NCBI GenBank assembly: GCA_951813615.1
Contig: OX638377.1
Location: forward strand, 3,434,599-3,498,598
Source: an uncultured Latescibacterota bacterium
Lineage (GTDB): Bacteria > Latescibacterota > UBA2968 > UBA8231
Length of the DNA: 64,000 bases
Direction: 5' to 3'
The position numbers and the translations under genes are program-made. The notes under the pieces were generated by a model, which saw only the letters and a program-made list of their open reading frames with translations, did not search any database and was not told the origin of the DNA. This document shows positions 19,271 through 28,356 of the stretch, piece by piece (position 1 is the stretch's first letter; every line of letters begins with the position of its first letter).

Positions 19271-22200
19271 CTAGAAGGGTGATATCAGCTCCACGAAGAG
19301 GATGCCCTGCTTGGAGTCGGGCCGCCCCTCATGGCTATAGTCCCGCCGCGTGCGCTGGTAGCCGAAGAATATCGAATTATCGCGGATGCCAAAGTAGTCT
19401 GCGGTGATGCTCAGCATGGCCAGATAATCGGTTTGGCTGTACGTCCCGGTCTGGCTGTACGCCCCGATCTGGCTGTACGTCCCGTCCTCAGAGCCGCGAT
19501 CCCAGTGCTTAAACGGCAACAAGGGTAGCCCTTGTATGCCTAGCTGGAAGCTAGTCTTGGGCGTGAGCTTGTACCGCCCCATTACGATGGGGATGAAGTC
19601 GCTGTACGATTGCCTCGGCGCATCTTCGCTGTCAACCTGCTCAAAGATCGTCCGATGCTTCAACTTAGGCGTAACGCTGAACGCACCCCAGCTTCGGGTG
19701 TAGTCGATCTTGTTGACAATGGAAAAACGCGAGCGCACGTCTTGGGGTTGCAACAGCCCGCTGCCGTCTTCAAGCTCAATTTCGGCTTGGCTGTTGCGCT
19801 GCCACAGGAAGCCATTTTCAATGTTGAAGCCGCGAAAGCCCTGATAGGTGCTATCGAAAAAGAGGAGATGCACAAAGCTGTCGCGCATCAATAGCTCGTC
19901 TGGCGTCGCCGGCCGCCAAAAACCCGCGCGTTCGGGCGGCCCGTCTGGCTCGTTAAACCAGTTAATGATCTCAACATCGTCAATGGGCACTCGGTACACA
20001 TAGGTGTGATCCGGGATGTCGTCTTTGACCTGCTTGGCGTCGTAGTTAATCTTCAGTTGGCCGACGCCGCGCTTTGCCACCTCATAGGCGTAGCGGAAGT
20101 ACAGCGCCTCGGACTTACCGGGGCCGGCAATCTGACTGTTGTCGTAACGGCCTAGGGCAATGAACTTGCCCAAGCGCCCCAAGCGGTCGTAGCGGATGAA
20201 GATGTGCTGGCCCTTTTGGTCGCGCGGGTAGGGATAGTCCGGCTTATCGTCGTTCTCGCGGAAGTCGGGCACATTGTTGTTATTGAAGTCGATGCCATAG
20301 ACAAATTCGGGCGGTTCCGAATCGTAGGTCAGAAAAGCCTCGTCCCAGTCCACAATAAAGTTCTCGTTGCGATCCATATCTGGGATGTTATCGACGTTCT
20401 CGTCGAGGCCCGGATACACTTGGGCACCGGGATTACCTGGATAAAGCGAACGCGGCTCGGCTGTGGCCGTATCGTCGCTGTGGCTGTCGGGTAAGGTATC
20501 GTGATCGTCGTTGTCTTCGTGGAGGGGATATTCCTCGGTGACCGTAGAGGTTCTCTGGCCGGGCGCAGGCTGCCCATCGTAGTGGAAGGCCATACCACCT
20601 CGGTAACTGTCGTACCCACCGCCGTAGTCGGGCTCCATGCGGTACATCTCACCGCCCAGTGACAGGCCGCCGGCTAGCTCCTTGACGCCCTTGACCCACC
20701 ACGCAAAGGCGCGTTCACTGCTGCGCTCGCCCTCGTTATTGCCGATTGGGAACATGAAGTTTTGCAGATTGTGCGCCACTTCGCCGCTGAGATCTAGCCC
20801 TACCAAATCGACCTGATAGTTGATCGAGGCCAAACTCTGCCCGGTGGGAATGCCGTAGTCAAAGGAGACCATCCGCCGGTTGGCACCCGTGCCGTCGCCG
20901 CCATTGGAGCGGACCACAGTGTAGTAGAGCTCCTCATCTTCGTCTGTGTACCACTTAAATGGACGCCGTATAGCCCGTTCACCAGCGCTGGCTATGGGGG
21001 CTGGCCACGCCGACTCGGTAATAGCTGCGTCGCCTCGGCGATCAATATTGAAGAAGTCGTGGGTCTGGCTGACGCCGACCCGATAGTCGCCAGCCACATC
21101 GGCGACAAAGCGCGCCGAACGCACTGTCACGTCCGGCGGGAGGACGAAGGTGTACACCACCGGCACCTTTCCCTCGGCCTCGCGCCCGCCGCCAGTGTGA
21201 ACGGCCCCGCCTTCGGGCGGCCCGGCTTCTAACAGCGGGTCGTAGTCCGGGTCGTCGTCGAGGCTGGTCAGGCGCACCGGCTCTGTGTTGCGCTCGCCCT
21301 CAAGGACGATGTCCACGCCATAGACAATGGCATTGGCCCGGGCGTCGTCGGGCGAGTCATCGGCCACGAAGACGCGGATGGTCTTGGGACCGAGCATCTC
21401 ATAGGGCAAATCGCCGCGCCAAGCACTGGAACGCGACAGCGCCGGCGCAGCCATGATCTGGTTGATTAGCGTCCCGCCAACGCTGGCGAATCTCCCTACT
21501 TCGTGCTGATAGTGGCCACCAAAGAGCAGCACTGGTGAATGATCCCAAGCGTCGTCGCCCTCTTGGCCAAACGCCCATTTGGAGAATAGCTGGGTACCGG
21601 AGTGATCGCCACCGCGCGAGTAGAGCAGAGTCGCTCGGTCGCGCTCCTTGTAGTTGATGTCCATGCGCAGCACATTCAGCTTGCTGTTGACCAGCGTAAG
21701 CGGCGTGAAGATGGTGCGCACATCCGTACCACCGCCCCCTGTGCCAATGTTGCCCAACGTGGCGGTCCAGTGCAAATCCTTGTAGGTATAGTGGCCGACC
21801 CGGAACGCCCGATACTTATGGTCAATATAGCTAGCTCCACTAAAGTCATTGCCACTGCGCGACTCTTCTATCGTCAGGAGTCGCCGATAGCCGCCGCCCA
21901 TGTAGTTGCCCATCCGATCCCAGCCCACATTACGGGTCCTTAGCGCACGGCCCGACGGGGTGGCCCAAGCAACGGTCTCGCGGTAGTACGAAATGTACTT
22001 TTCGTCGGCGTAGTTGAGATAGGGAACACTGACTGCAGTGTTGAGGAAGGCCCTCCCCAATCCTCGATCATAGCGGTCCTGGGGACCGCGCAGGAAGGGA
22101 GGGCGCTTTTTCCACGGGGGATCTTGCGGGGTTCCAGGTGCGGGGTTGTAATAGGGCAGCGGACCGCCGGATTCGGGGTGGCGCTGCGCATCCGCTGGCG

Positions 22201-22276
22201 CGGACAGGCCTGCGCCAACCAGCGCGGACAAGACCACCCAGCGCTCGACAACACGGCATTTTAGCAAACACAGCAT
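19271..22276 (-). CDS. Large putative outer-membrane beta-barrel protein with Asp-rich loop, paralog B
   Basis: Signal peptide (ADAQ); colinear motifs with 12356-15292; C-terminus LFVELISPF; ATG 22276 has a GAGGGG RBS. Confidence 0.7.
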   Translation of the reverse strand: MLCLLKCRVVERWVVLSALVGAGLSAPADAQRHPESGGPLPYYNPAPGTPQDPPWKKRPPFLRGPQDRYDRGLGRAFLNTAVSVPYLNYADEKYISYYRETVAWATPSGRALRTRNVGWDRMGNYMGGGYRRLLTIEESRSGNDFSGASYIDHKYRAFRVGHYTYKDLHWTATLGNIGTGGGGTDVRTIFTPLTLVNSKLNVLRMDINYKERDRATLLYSRGGDHSGTQLFSKWAFGQEGDDAWDHSPVLLFGGHYQHEVGRFASVGGTLINQIMAAPALSRSSAWRGDLPYEMLGPKTIRVFVADDSPDDARANAIVYGVDIVLEGERNTEPVRLTSLDDDPDYDPLLEAGPPEGGAVHTGGGREAEGKVPVVYTFVLPPDVTVRSARFVADVAGDYRVGVSQTHDFFNIDRRGDAAITESAWPAPIASAGERAIRRPFKWYTDEDEELYYTVVRSNGGDGTGANRRMVSFDYGIPTGQSLASINYQVDLVGLDLSGEVAHNLQNFMFPIGNNEGERSSERAFAWWVKGVKELAGGLSLGGEMYRMEPDYGGGYDSYRGGMAFHYDGQPAPGQRTSTVTEEYPLHEDNDDHDTLPDSHSDDTATAEPRSLYPGNPGAQVYPGLDENVDNIPDMDRNENFIVDWDEAFLTYDSEPPEFVYGIDFNNNNVPDFRENDDKPDYPYPRDQKGQHIFIRYDRLGRLGKFIALGRYDNSQIAGPGKSEALYFRYAYEVAKRGVGQLKINYDAKQVKDDIPDHTYVYRVPIDDVEIINWFNEPDGPPERAGFWRPATPDELLMRDSFVHLLFFDSTYQGFRGFNIENGFLWQRNSQAEIELEDGSGLLQPQDVRSRFSIVNKIDYTRSWGAFSVTPKLKHRTIFEQVDSEDAPRQSYSDFIPIVMGRYKLTPKTSFQLGIQGLPLLPFKHWDRGSEDGTYSQIGAYSQTGTYSQTDYLAMLSITADYFGIRDNSIFFGYQRTRRDYSHEGRPDSKQGILFVELISPF
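19434..19484 (-). repeat. Three ~18-bp in-frame tandem repeats (G[T/A]YSQ[I/T])
   Basis: tggctgtacgtcccggtc / tggctgtacgccccgatc / tggctgtacgtcccg on the + strand. Confidence 0.85.
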
Positions 22277-22356
22277 GAAAACCCCTCGCGGGTCGTATTG
22301 AGCGACCGAAAAGTTAATGGGCGAAAACATAGGTTGGCCAAAGCTCGCGGGTCAAG

Positions 22357-22399
22357 AAAAAAAAACGGGAAGCAGGCGTCAAGCCCGCTTCCCGTTTTT
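22357..22399 (-). terminator. Rho-independent terminator after the CBM9-like gene
   Basis: Minus strand reads aaaaacgggaagcgggc-ttgac-gcctgcttcccg followed by a run of 9 T. Confidence 0.85.
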
Positions 22400-22422
22400 A
22401 AAACCTACTTAGAGGCCGTTGA

Positions 22423-23376
22423 TTACTGGACGAAGGTCTCCTTTACGCGGCCCCAAGAATCCTCCTCGACCGCGGTCCCTGTCGGACCAGCCGGGTCATC
22501 CACGAAGACATAGTTGGCGAACTCGGACATGTTGCCGCCCGCCCACGCCACGCACTGAATCTGACCGCCATAGGCATCTTCGCCATCGGGGTCGATCGGC
22601 AGCCAAGCAAAGCCCATCTCAGAGCCAGTCGTCGGGGCTTCAAGGAGGTTACCATTGCGCAGGAAGGTATCCCACGGCAACTTGCCTTCAATCACGTAGT
22701 CGGCGTCGCCTTCGTCGCCAAACTCATCGCCAGCGTCGCGGAAGCCATATTCAAACCCCTCAAGTGCATCGGGGTCGTGGACATCCACGCGCTCCGTATC
22801 CACGGTGACGATTAAGCAGACAGACCATTCGTGCGAGCCGAAAGGTAGAGCCATGAAATTGACCACATTCAAGTTAACGAACTCTTGAGTCGGGTCACCA
22901 CCTGGGTGATCGTCATTGTTCAGGTCGAGGTAAAGAGACACGGAGTCGCGCTCCCACCAAGCCCGAGCCTCACCACCACCTTCGGTGTCGCGGATGTTAT
23001 CGCTGATCTCGGCGATGTAGTACAGGGCTTCGTCGTCCCAAGCCTGCAAGATCGTCGACTCAAAATCGGCGTTAGTGCGCCCCTCGCCCGCGACTTCGGT
23101 CTCGCCGTTTTCGCTGAGCTGGTTAGCGCTTACTTCGCTGGACCCCTGCTCTTGGTTCCGCCAGCCAAACTCTTGACCATCGAGCTGGATCTGGTCTGGC
23201 GAGCAGGGAAACTCCAACGCGCCAGCCCACTCGTCAGCAACGGTTGCACGGTCGCCGTCGAGCGTGGGGGCTTGGGTAAACTTGGGCAGGTCGAAGTAGC
23301 GCACGGGCGGCTGGGCACTAGCCACCGTAGTAACGCAAAGAGCCGCGATAGCGGCCAAAAGGGTCAACTTCTTCAT
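22423..23376 (-). CDS. Secreted CBM9/DOMON-like sugar-binding protein with short C-terminal tail TAVEEDSWGRVK
   Basis: Signal peptide; APTLDG...EW, AWDDEALY, DSVSLYLD and YVIEGKLPW motifs typical of CBM9_1-like domains. Confidence 0.78.
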   Translation of the reverse strand: MKKLTLLAAIAALCVTTVASAQPPVRYFDLPKFTQAPTLDGDRATVADEWAGALEFPCSPDQIQLDGQEFGWRNQEQGSSEVSANQLSENGETEVAGEGRTNADFESTILQAWDDEALYYIAEISDNIRDTEGGGEARAWWERDSVSLYLDLNNDDHPGGDPTQEFVNLNVVNFMALPFGSHEWSVCLIVTVDTERVDVHDPDALEGFEYGFRDAGDEFGDEGDADYVIEGKLPWDTFLRNGNLLEAPTTGSEMGFAWLPIDPDGEDAYGGQIQCVAWAGGNMSEFANYVFVDDPAGPTGTAVEEDSWGRVKETFVQ

Positions 23377-23432
23377 TACTGCATCTCCTTAGTTGTGAGA
23401 AGTGGATGAAGAAAAGTTTGAATGAATCAGTC

Positions 23433-23461
23433 ATAATAAATCTCCTGCAAAAAGCTGTCAA
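23433..23461 (-). promoter_or_regulatory. Sigma70-type promoter for the minus-strand envelope cluster
   Basis: Minus strand TTGACA-17 nt-TATTAT, ~55 nt upstream of ATG 23376 (RBS AAGGAG). Confidence 0.75.
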
Positions 23462-23554
23462 GAAAAAAATTGCGCTACGAGACCATCCAACCTATATCAT
23501 GTAAGTAGATACAATACACAGATTTTCTACCGCGATCACGCATGATTTAATCCT

Positions 23555-24583
23555 GTGAAATATCTCTTCCTCATTGGATTGGCCTCCCTCGTACTCGGCG
23601 GCCGACCGGCCAACGCCCAGCCGCACATCTACGCCATCGGCTTGGTCTTTACCGATCTCGTCGATCAAGAAGTCCTGCCCGTCCACCTCGCCGAGCAACA
23701 CCCCCGCCTGATGCGGGAAATCGAGCGAGCGATCAGAGACGTCTTTACCGACTTGGGCCGCTTTCGCGTCTTCCGCTTGCGGAGCATCCGCGAGGCCCGC
23801 AATCCCACAGGGCAAGAATCCATCGATTACATCGCCCACTTCATTCTCAACAAAGCCCATAAAACATACCACAACCAAGTTATTCATTACTACGAAAATT
23901 CGGGCCTATTCGACGACGGGGGGCCTAGTGAAGACCAGTCTTACACGGTGATTTCACTACCCGCCATCGTCGGTCAACTTGAAGTCAAGTTGATGGATCT
24001 ACACCGCGACAAAATTTTCTGGTCGGACTTGCGCGACTCCTCAGCCGTGATACCTTATGACCAACAGCTATTCCTTTATAATACTTGGAAGTATCCGGGT
24101 GCATCGCATCCTGGTTTGACACGCGCTTTTCTAGCCGATCTTCTCCGCTTGCAAATGGCCGATTCCGCTACAGAACGCGCATTGAACGTCGCTGAGCGTT
24201 GGTTTGTCTCTAAACCGAGTAGCGACCTCGCCGTTGCCCGGGGGCTATTACACGGGCTAGCGAATAATCTAGCGCCTGACCTAGATGCGAATTTGCCGCT
24301 AGAGGGCCGCATAGCAGCTCTCTTGCCCGAACGAAAAGGTAAACCACACGTCCAGCTAAACATCGGTGCTCGGCACGGGCTGACAAAGCGAATGCGGTTC
24401 GACGTATGGCGGCCTAGGCCATCGCAGCAGAAAGTAGGACAAATAGAGGTGGTTGACGTGGACTCCACTACGGCCATCGCTCGGTTGCGAAAACTCGATA
24501 AGAAGCTCAAAAAACGCGGAGATGGCCTACAGGTCCAAGACCGAGTCATTTCCCCCAAACGCCCTTTGAGGAGGTCATTATGA
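23555..24583 (+). CDS. Exported hypothetical protein (CsgG/FlgT-like architecture possible)
   Basis: Signal peptide (ANAQ); C-terminal LNIGARHGL...VGQIEVVDV resembles the FlgT C-terminal domain. Confidence 0.6.
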   Translation: MKYLFLIGLASLVLGGRPANAQPHIYAIGLVFTDLVDQEVLPVHLAEQHPRLMREIERAIRDVFTDLGRFRVFRLRSIREARNPTGQESIDYIAHFILNKAHKTYHNQVIHYYENSGLFDDGGPSEDQSYTVISLPAIVGQLEVKLMDLHRDKIFWSDLRDSSAVIPYDQQLFLYNTWKYPGASHPGLTRAFLADLLRLQMADSATERALNVAERWFVSKPSSDLAVARGLLHGLANNLAPDLDANLPLEGRIAALLPERKGKPHVQLNIGARHGLTKRMRFDVWRPRPSQQKVGQIEVVDVDSTTAIARLRKLDKKLKKRGDGLQVQDRVISPKRPLRRSL

Positions 24584-25776
24584 GTGAGAAATGGGTCTCC
24601 AAGCGCTTTGCTTCGCCCACTCAGGACTTCGATCTCGATACGTTGGCTCGCCGCCTGCGCCGGGGCTTTTTTATCGCCCTAGCTTCTGCTGTAGCCCTCC
24701 TGCTCATCGTCGTTGCGATCAACCCCTTTAAGGAGGCCGAGAAGAAAGCACCCCGGCCTCTGACGACCAAGTTCATCAAGCGCGAGCCGCGCCTGACCAA
24801 GCCGCTTGAGTTGCGCAAAATCCCCCAACCCAAGCGCCAGCTAGCGCGCCGCGAAGTCCAGCTAGCGCAAGCGCGCATGGACCAAGTACAAGCCACGGCC
24901 TCGTTCAACACCCGCAGCCTAATCGCCGGCGTCAGCGGATCGGGGATTCGCCTGTCAGGGCAATCCGCCTTCAGCCCGACGGCTACTATGACCATCGAGC
25001 CTAAATTGACGGCCGCGGCAGTGACCAGCACCCGCACCTCCGAGCACAAGATCGACATGGGCCTGGAGATGCTCGACGTCAACAACATGGACACCGGTCG
25101 CTACCGCGCCATTATCGTCCAAGACGCCACGGACAAGCAGGCCATCAAGGGCTTTATCAAGCTAGCCGCAGTCGTGTCCGGGCGGGCATTAGCCGGTGAA
25201 GCTGGACTCAATGTCCAAACCCTTGATCGGCTGCGCGATGTGATCAACGAATACACCGGCCTCAAGGCCGAATTCCTCGGCCGCGTCACATTCGACGACC
25301 CGCGCCTGATGGAAATACCCATCATCCTACCGTACGGCTCGCCCAACGAGACCGAAATGGCCAACTACGCCCAGTACCTAATCTCGGGTGGTTTTACGTT
25401 TAGCGGGCTCCATGGCGAAGCACTGGAAAAGTATGGCGGCCTAGTCCGCGGCAAGGACTTCTGGTCCGAGCGCCTGCCGGAGGACCACCCCATCTATACT
25501 GCCTTCTTCGACATGAGTGGAGGCATGCCTTTCGGCTATAGTCCCTCGTTGGGACAGGGTAAGGCAGGCGTTAGGACATGGAACTATCTGACGGGCCATT
25601 ATATTAAAGGTAGATTAGCGAGCGCCACGGCCGGCGATACAGGGGGCTGGGGCTGGCACAACGACACGCGCGGCGGAGACTCGACGCGCCAGCTACAACT
25701 AGCAGTCAATATTATCATATACGCCTTGACGCAGGAAGGGTCGATTACCCAACGCCTCATGCAGATGGTCAACTAG
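24580..25776 (+). CDS. DUF4159-domain protein with N-terminal membrane anchor
   Basis: Single TM plus Pro/Lys-rich linker; YLISGGF, LPEDHPIYTAFFD and AVNIIIYALTQ match DUF4159 patterns. Confidence 0.72.
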   Translation: MSEKWVSKRFASPTQDFDLDTLARRLRRGFFIALASAVALLLIVVAINPFKEAEKKAPRPLTTKFIKREPRLTKPLELRKIPQPKRQLARREVQLAQARMDQVQATASFNTRSLIAGVSGSGIRLSGQSAFSPTATMTIEPKLTAAAVTSTRTSEHKIDMGLEMLDVNNMDTGRYRAIIVQDATDKQAIKGFIKLAAVVSGRALAGEAGLNVQTLDRLRDVINEYTGLKAEFLGRVTFDDPRLMEIPIILPYGSPNETEMANYAQYLISGGFTFSGLHGEALEKYGGLVRGKDFWSERLPEDHPIYTAFFDMSGGMPFGYSPSLGQGKAGVRTWNYLTGHYIKGRLASATAGDTGGWGWHNDTRGGDSTRQLQLAVNIIIYALTQEGSITQRLMQMVN

Positions 25777-25798
25777 GCTTCGCTGTAAAGTCAATCTC

Positions 25799-25837
25799 AA
25801 AGCAGGTGTCAGGTTCCCAATTCCCGACACCTGCTTT
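25799..25837 (+). terminator. Stem-loop / probable terminator
   Basis: aaagcaggtgtc ... gacacctgcttt 12-bp inverted repeat just after the stop; short T tail. Confidence 0.6.
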
Positions 25838-25853
25838 CACTTAAATCTCCACC

Positions 25854-26672
25854 ATGTCCAAGCTCGCCCTAGCAGGCCTTTGCGCCAGCCTATTGAGCTG
25901 CGCTGCACAACAGGCCGAGTACTACATAGACCAACTCGCCGATTCGCGGCGTCAAGTTCGCCTCGACGCCAGCCACGCCTTGGTGCAACTAGGCCGCGCA
26001 GCCGTCGAGCCCTTGATAGACCGCGCGACCACTGGCAGCGATAGCCTGCGCTACATCGCCGCCCAAATCCTCGGCCAAATCGGCGACCGGCGCGCCACCC
26101 CCTTCCTCAAATCGCTCCTCCGCAACGAAAATCGCCACGTCCGCGAACAGGCCGTCCGCGCCCTCGGCCAGCTCGACGACCCCCGTCTCCACTCAACCTT
26201 AGCCAGCATCCTCGCCGACGACTCAGTCCCAGATGTGCGCGGCGCAGCAGCTTGGAGCTTGGGCAACCTCCGCGACACCACGGCCGTGCCCTCGTTGGTG
26301 CACGCCTTGGCAGACACCGTTCCCTCAGTGCGCCGACAGGCCCTCGCCGCGCTGCAGTTTCTGTGGACCCCAGCGGCCGAAGCAGCAGCCCTCGACGCGC
26401 TCCGCGACCGCGACGACACTGTGCGCTACATCGCCGCGCAGCTATTGGGGCACCACCGAACGCACCGCGCCCTCGACGCGCTATGCCTTGCCTTGACCGA
26501 TGACAATATCTGGGTCCGTGCAGAAAGCGCCCGCACCCTCGGCCGCATCGGCGACACCACGGCCGTGGCTCCGCTAGAGCGCATGTTCGCCGAGCGCGAA
26601 GGCCCCGACCACGAGGCCGCAAAAGAAGCATTGCAACTGCTCACGGGCTTGAACTACGCGGTCGCCCCCTAA
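25854..26672 (+). CDS. HEAT/PBS-lyase repeat lipoprotein
   Basis: Lipobox LLSC; repeated VRxxAxxALGxLxD motifs. Confidence 0.88.
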   Translation: MSKLALAGLCASLLSCAAQQAEYYIDQLADSRRQVRLDASHALVQLGRAAVEPLIDRATTGSDSLRYIAAQILGQIGDRRATPFLKSLLRNENRHVREQAVRALGQLDDPRLHSTLASILADDSVPDVRGAAAWSLGNLRDTTAVPSLVHALADTVPSVRRQALAALQFLWTPAAEAAALDALRDRDDTVRYIAAQLLGHHRTHRALDALCLALTDDNIWVRAESARTLGRIGDTTAVAPLERMFAEREGPDHEAAKEALQLLTGLNYAVAP

Positions 26673-26673
26673 T

Positions 26674-28353
26674 TTGCGCATCTTGCTGCTGTTTTGCGCC
26701 GTGCTGCTATGCGCCCTCCCCCTGCGCGCTCAGCCCCAATTTAGCGACCAAACCGCTGCCGCTGGCATCACGTACCGCAATGTATTTGGCGGGCAAGAAA
26801 AGCACTACATACTAGAATCCCACGGCAGCGGCGCGGCCTTCTTCGACCACGACTCCGACGGCGATCTCGACCTCTACATAGTCAACGGGGCCACCTTTGC
26901 CACGTACCGCGACCGCTCGGGGCCGGGCAATGCGCTCTACCGCAATCGCGGCGACGGCACTTTTGCGGAAATCACCCAAGAAGCTGGAGTCGGCGACGCT
27001 GGCTGGGGCGGTGGTGTGGCCGTGGGCGACATCGACAACGACGGCCGCTCAGACCTCTATGTGACCAACTACGGAGCCAACGTACTCTACCGCAATCGCG
27101 GCGGCGACCGCTTTGCTGATGCAACTCAAGAAGCGGGCGTTGGCGGCGATCAATACAGCGCCAGCGCGGCCTTCTTCGACTACGACCGCGACGGCGACCT
27201 CGACCTCTACGTGGCCAACTACGTCGTCTTCGACGCCGAGAACCTGCCGGCTGAGCCACAGCTCTGCACCTTTTTTAGCGGCCTCCGCGTCTATTGCGGT
27301 CCCAAGGGATTAGTCGGCGCGCCGGATGTGCTCTACCGCAACGAGGGCGACGGTAGGTTTACCGACGTCACCCAAGCATCGGGCGTGGCAGCCGCCAATC
27401 GCTATTACGGCTTGGGCGTGGTACCGGTCGATTACGATTCCGACGGCGATAGCGACCTCTTTGTCGCCAACGACGAGACTCCCAACGTGCTCTTCCAAAA
27501 CCAAGGCGACGGCACCTTCCAAGACATCGCCCTGATCGCGGGCGTGGCGTACAACGGCGACGGCGATGTCGAAGCCGGCATGGGCGCGGACTTTGGCGAC
27601 TACGATCAGGACGGCGACCCAGACCTGTACGTAACCCACTTTTTTACCGAGACCAATACGCTCTACCGCAACGAGGATGGCGTGCGTTTCTCCGATGTCA
27701 CGACCACCGCGGGCCTCGCCGCGGCCACAGTAGAGATGTTGGGTTGGGGAACGCGCTTCTTCGACTACGACAACGACGGTCGCCTCGACCTCTTCGTCGC
27801 CAACGGCCACGTGTATCCGCAGGTTGACCAAGCCGCAACCGGCACCACCTACCGCCAGCCCAACCAACTCTTCCGCAACGAGGGCGGCGGCCGCTTCGCC
27901 CCAGTATCAGCCGACCTTGAGCTAGCGCAAGCCAAAGTCAGCCGTGGCACCAGCTTTGGCGATTACGACGACGACGGGGATATCGACCTCTTCGTCGTCG
28001 AGCTCAACGACGCACCGACTCTGTTGCGCAACGATGGGGGGAATGCGAGAAATTATCTCGTGCTACAGGTCTTTGGCCGCGAAGACAATCGCGACGGAAT
28101 CGGCACTCGCGTCAGTCTGCAAGCCGACAACAAGCGCCAGTGGCGCACAGTCAACGGCGCGGCCAGCTACCTTTCGCACAGCGACTTGCGCGTCCACTTC
28201 GGCTTGGGCGCGGCGCAAGCCATCGACCGCGTCGAAATCACCTATCCCAACGGCAGCACCTACGCAGTCGATAACGTGCCCGTCAATAAGCTCTTAGTCA
28301 TCCGCCAGGGGCAGGGGCATGCCCTTCTCACACTAGGCGCGAATCCTTTTTGA
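26674..28353 (+). CDS. CRTAC1-family FG-GAP repeat protein with ASPIC/UnbV domain
   Basis: Repeated DxDxDGDxDL(Y/F)VxN and LYRNxGDG motifs; C-terminal SYLSHSDLRVHFGLG. Confidence 0.92.
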   Translation: MRILLLFCAVLLCALPLRAQPQFSDQTAAAGITYRNVFGGQEKHYILESHGSGAAFFDHDSDGDLDLYIVNGATFATYRDRSGPGNALYRNRGDGTFAEITQEAGVGDAGWGGGVAVGDIDNDGRSDLYVTNYGANVLYRNRGGDRFADATQEAGVGGDQYSASAAFFDYDRDGDLDLYVANYVVFDAENLPAEPQLCTFFSGLRVYCGPKGLVGAPDVLYRNEGDGRFTDVTQASGVAAANRYYGLGVVPVDYDSDGDSDLFVANDETPNVLFQNQGDGTFQDIALIAGVAYNGDGDVEAGMGADFGDYDQDGDPDLYVTHFFTETNTLYRNEDGVRFSDVTTTAGLAAATVEMLGWGTRFFDYDNDGRLDLFVANGHVYPQVDQAATGTTYRQPNQLFRNEGGGRFAPVSADLELAQAKVSRGTSFGDYDDDGDIDLFVVELNDAPTLLRNDGGNARNYLVLQVFGREDNRDGIGTRVSLQADNKRQWRTVNGAASYLSHSDLRVHFGLGAAQAIDRVEITYPNGSTYAVDNVPVNKLLVIRQGQGHALLTLGANPF

Positions 28354-28356
28354 TTA

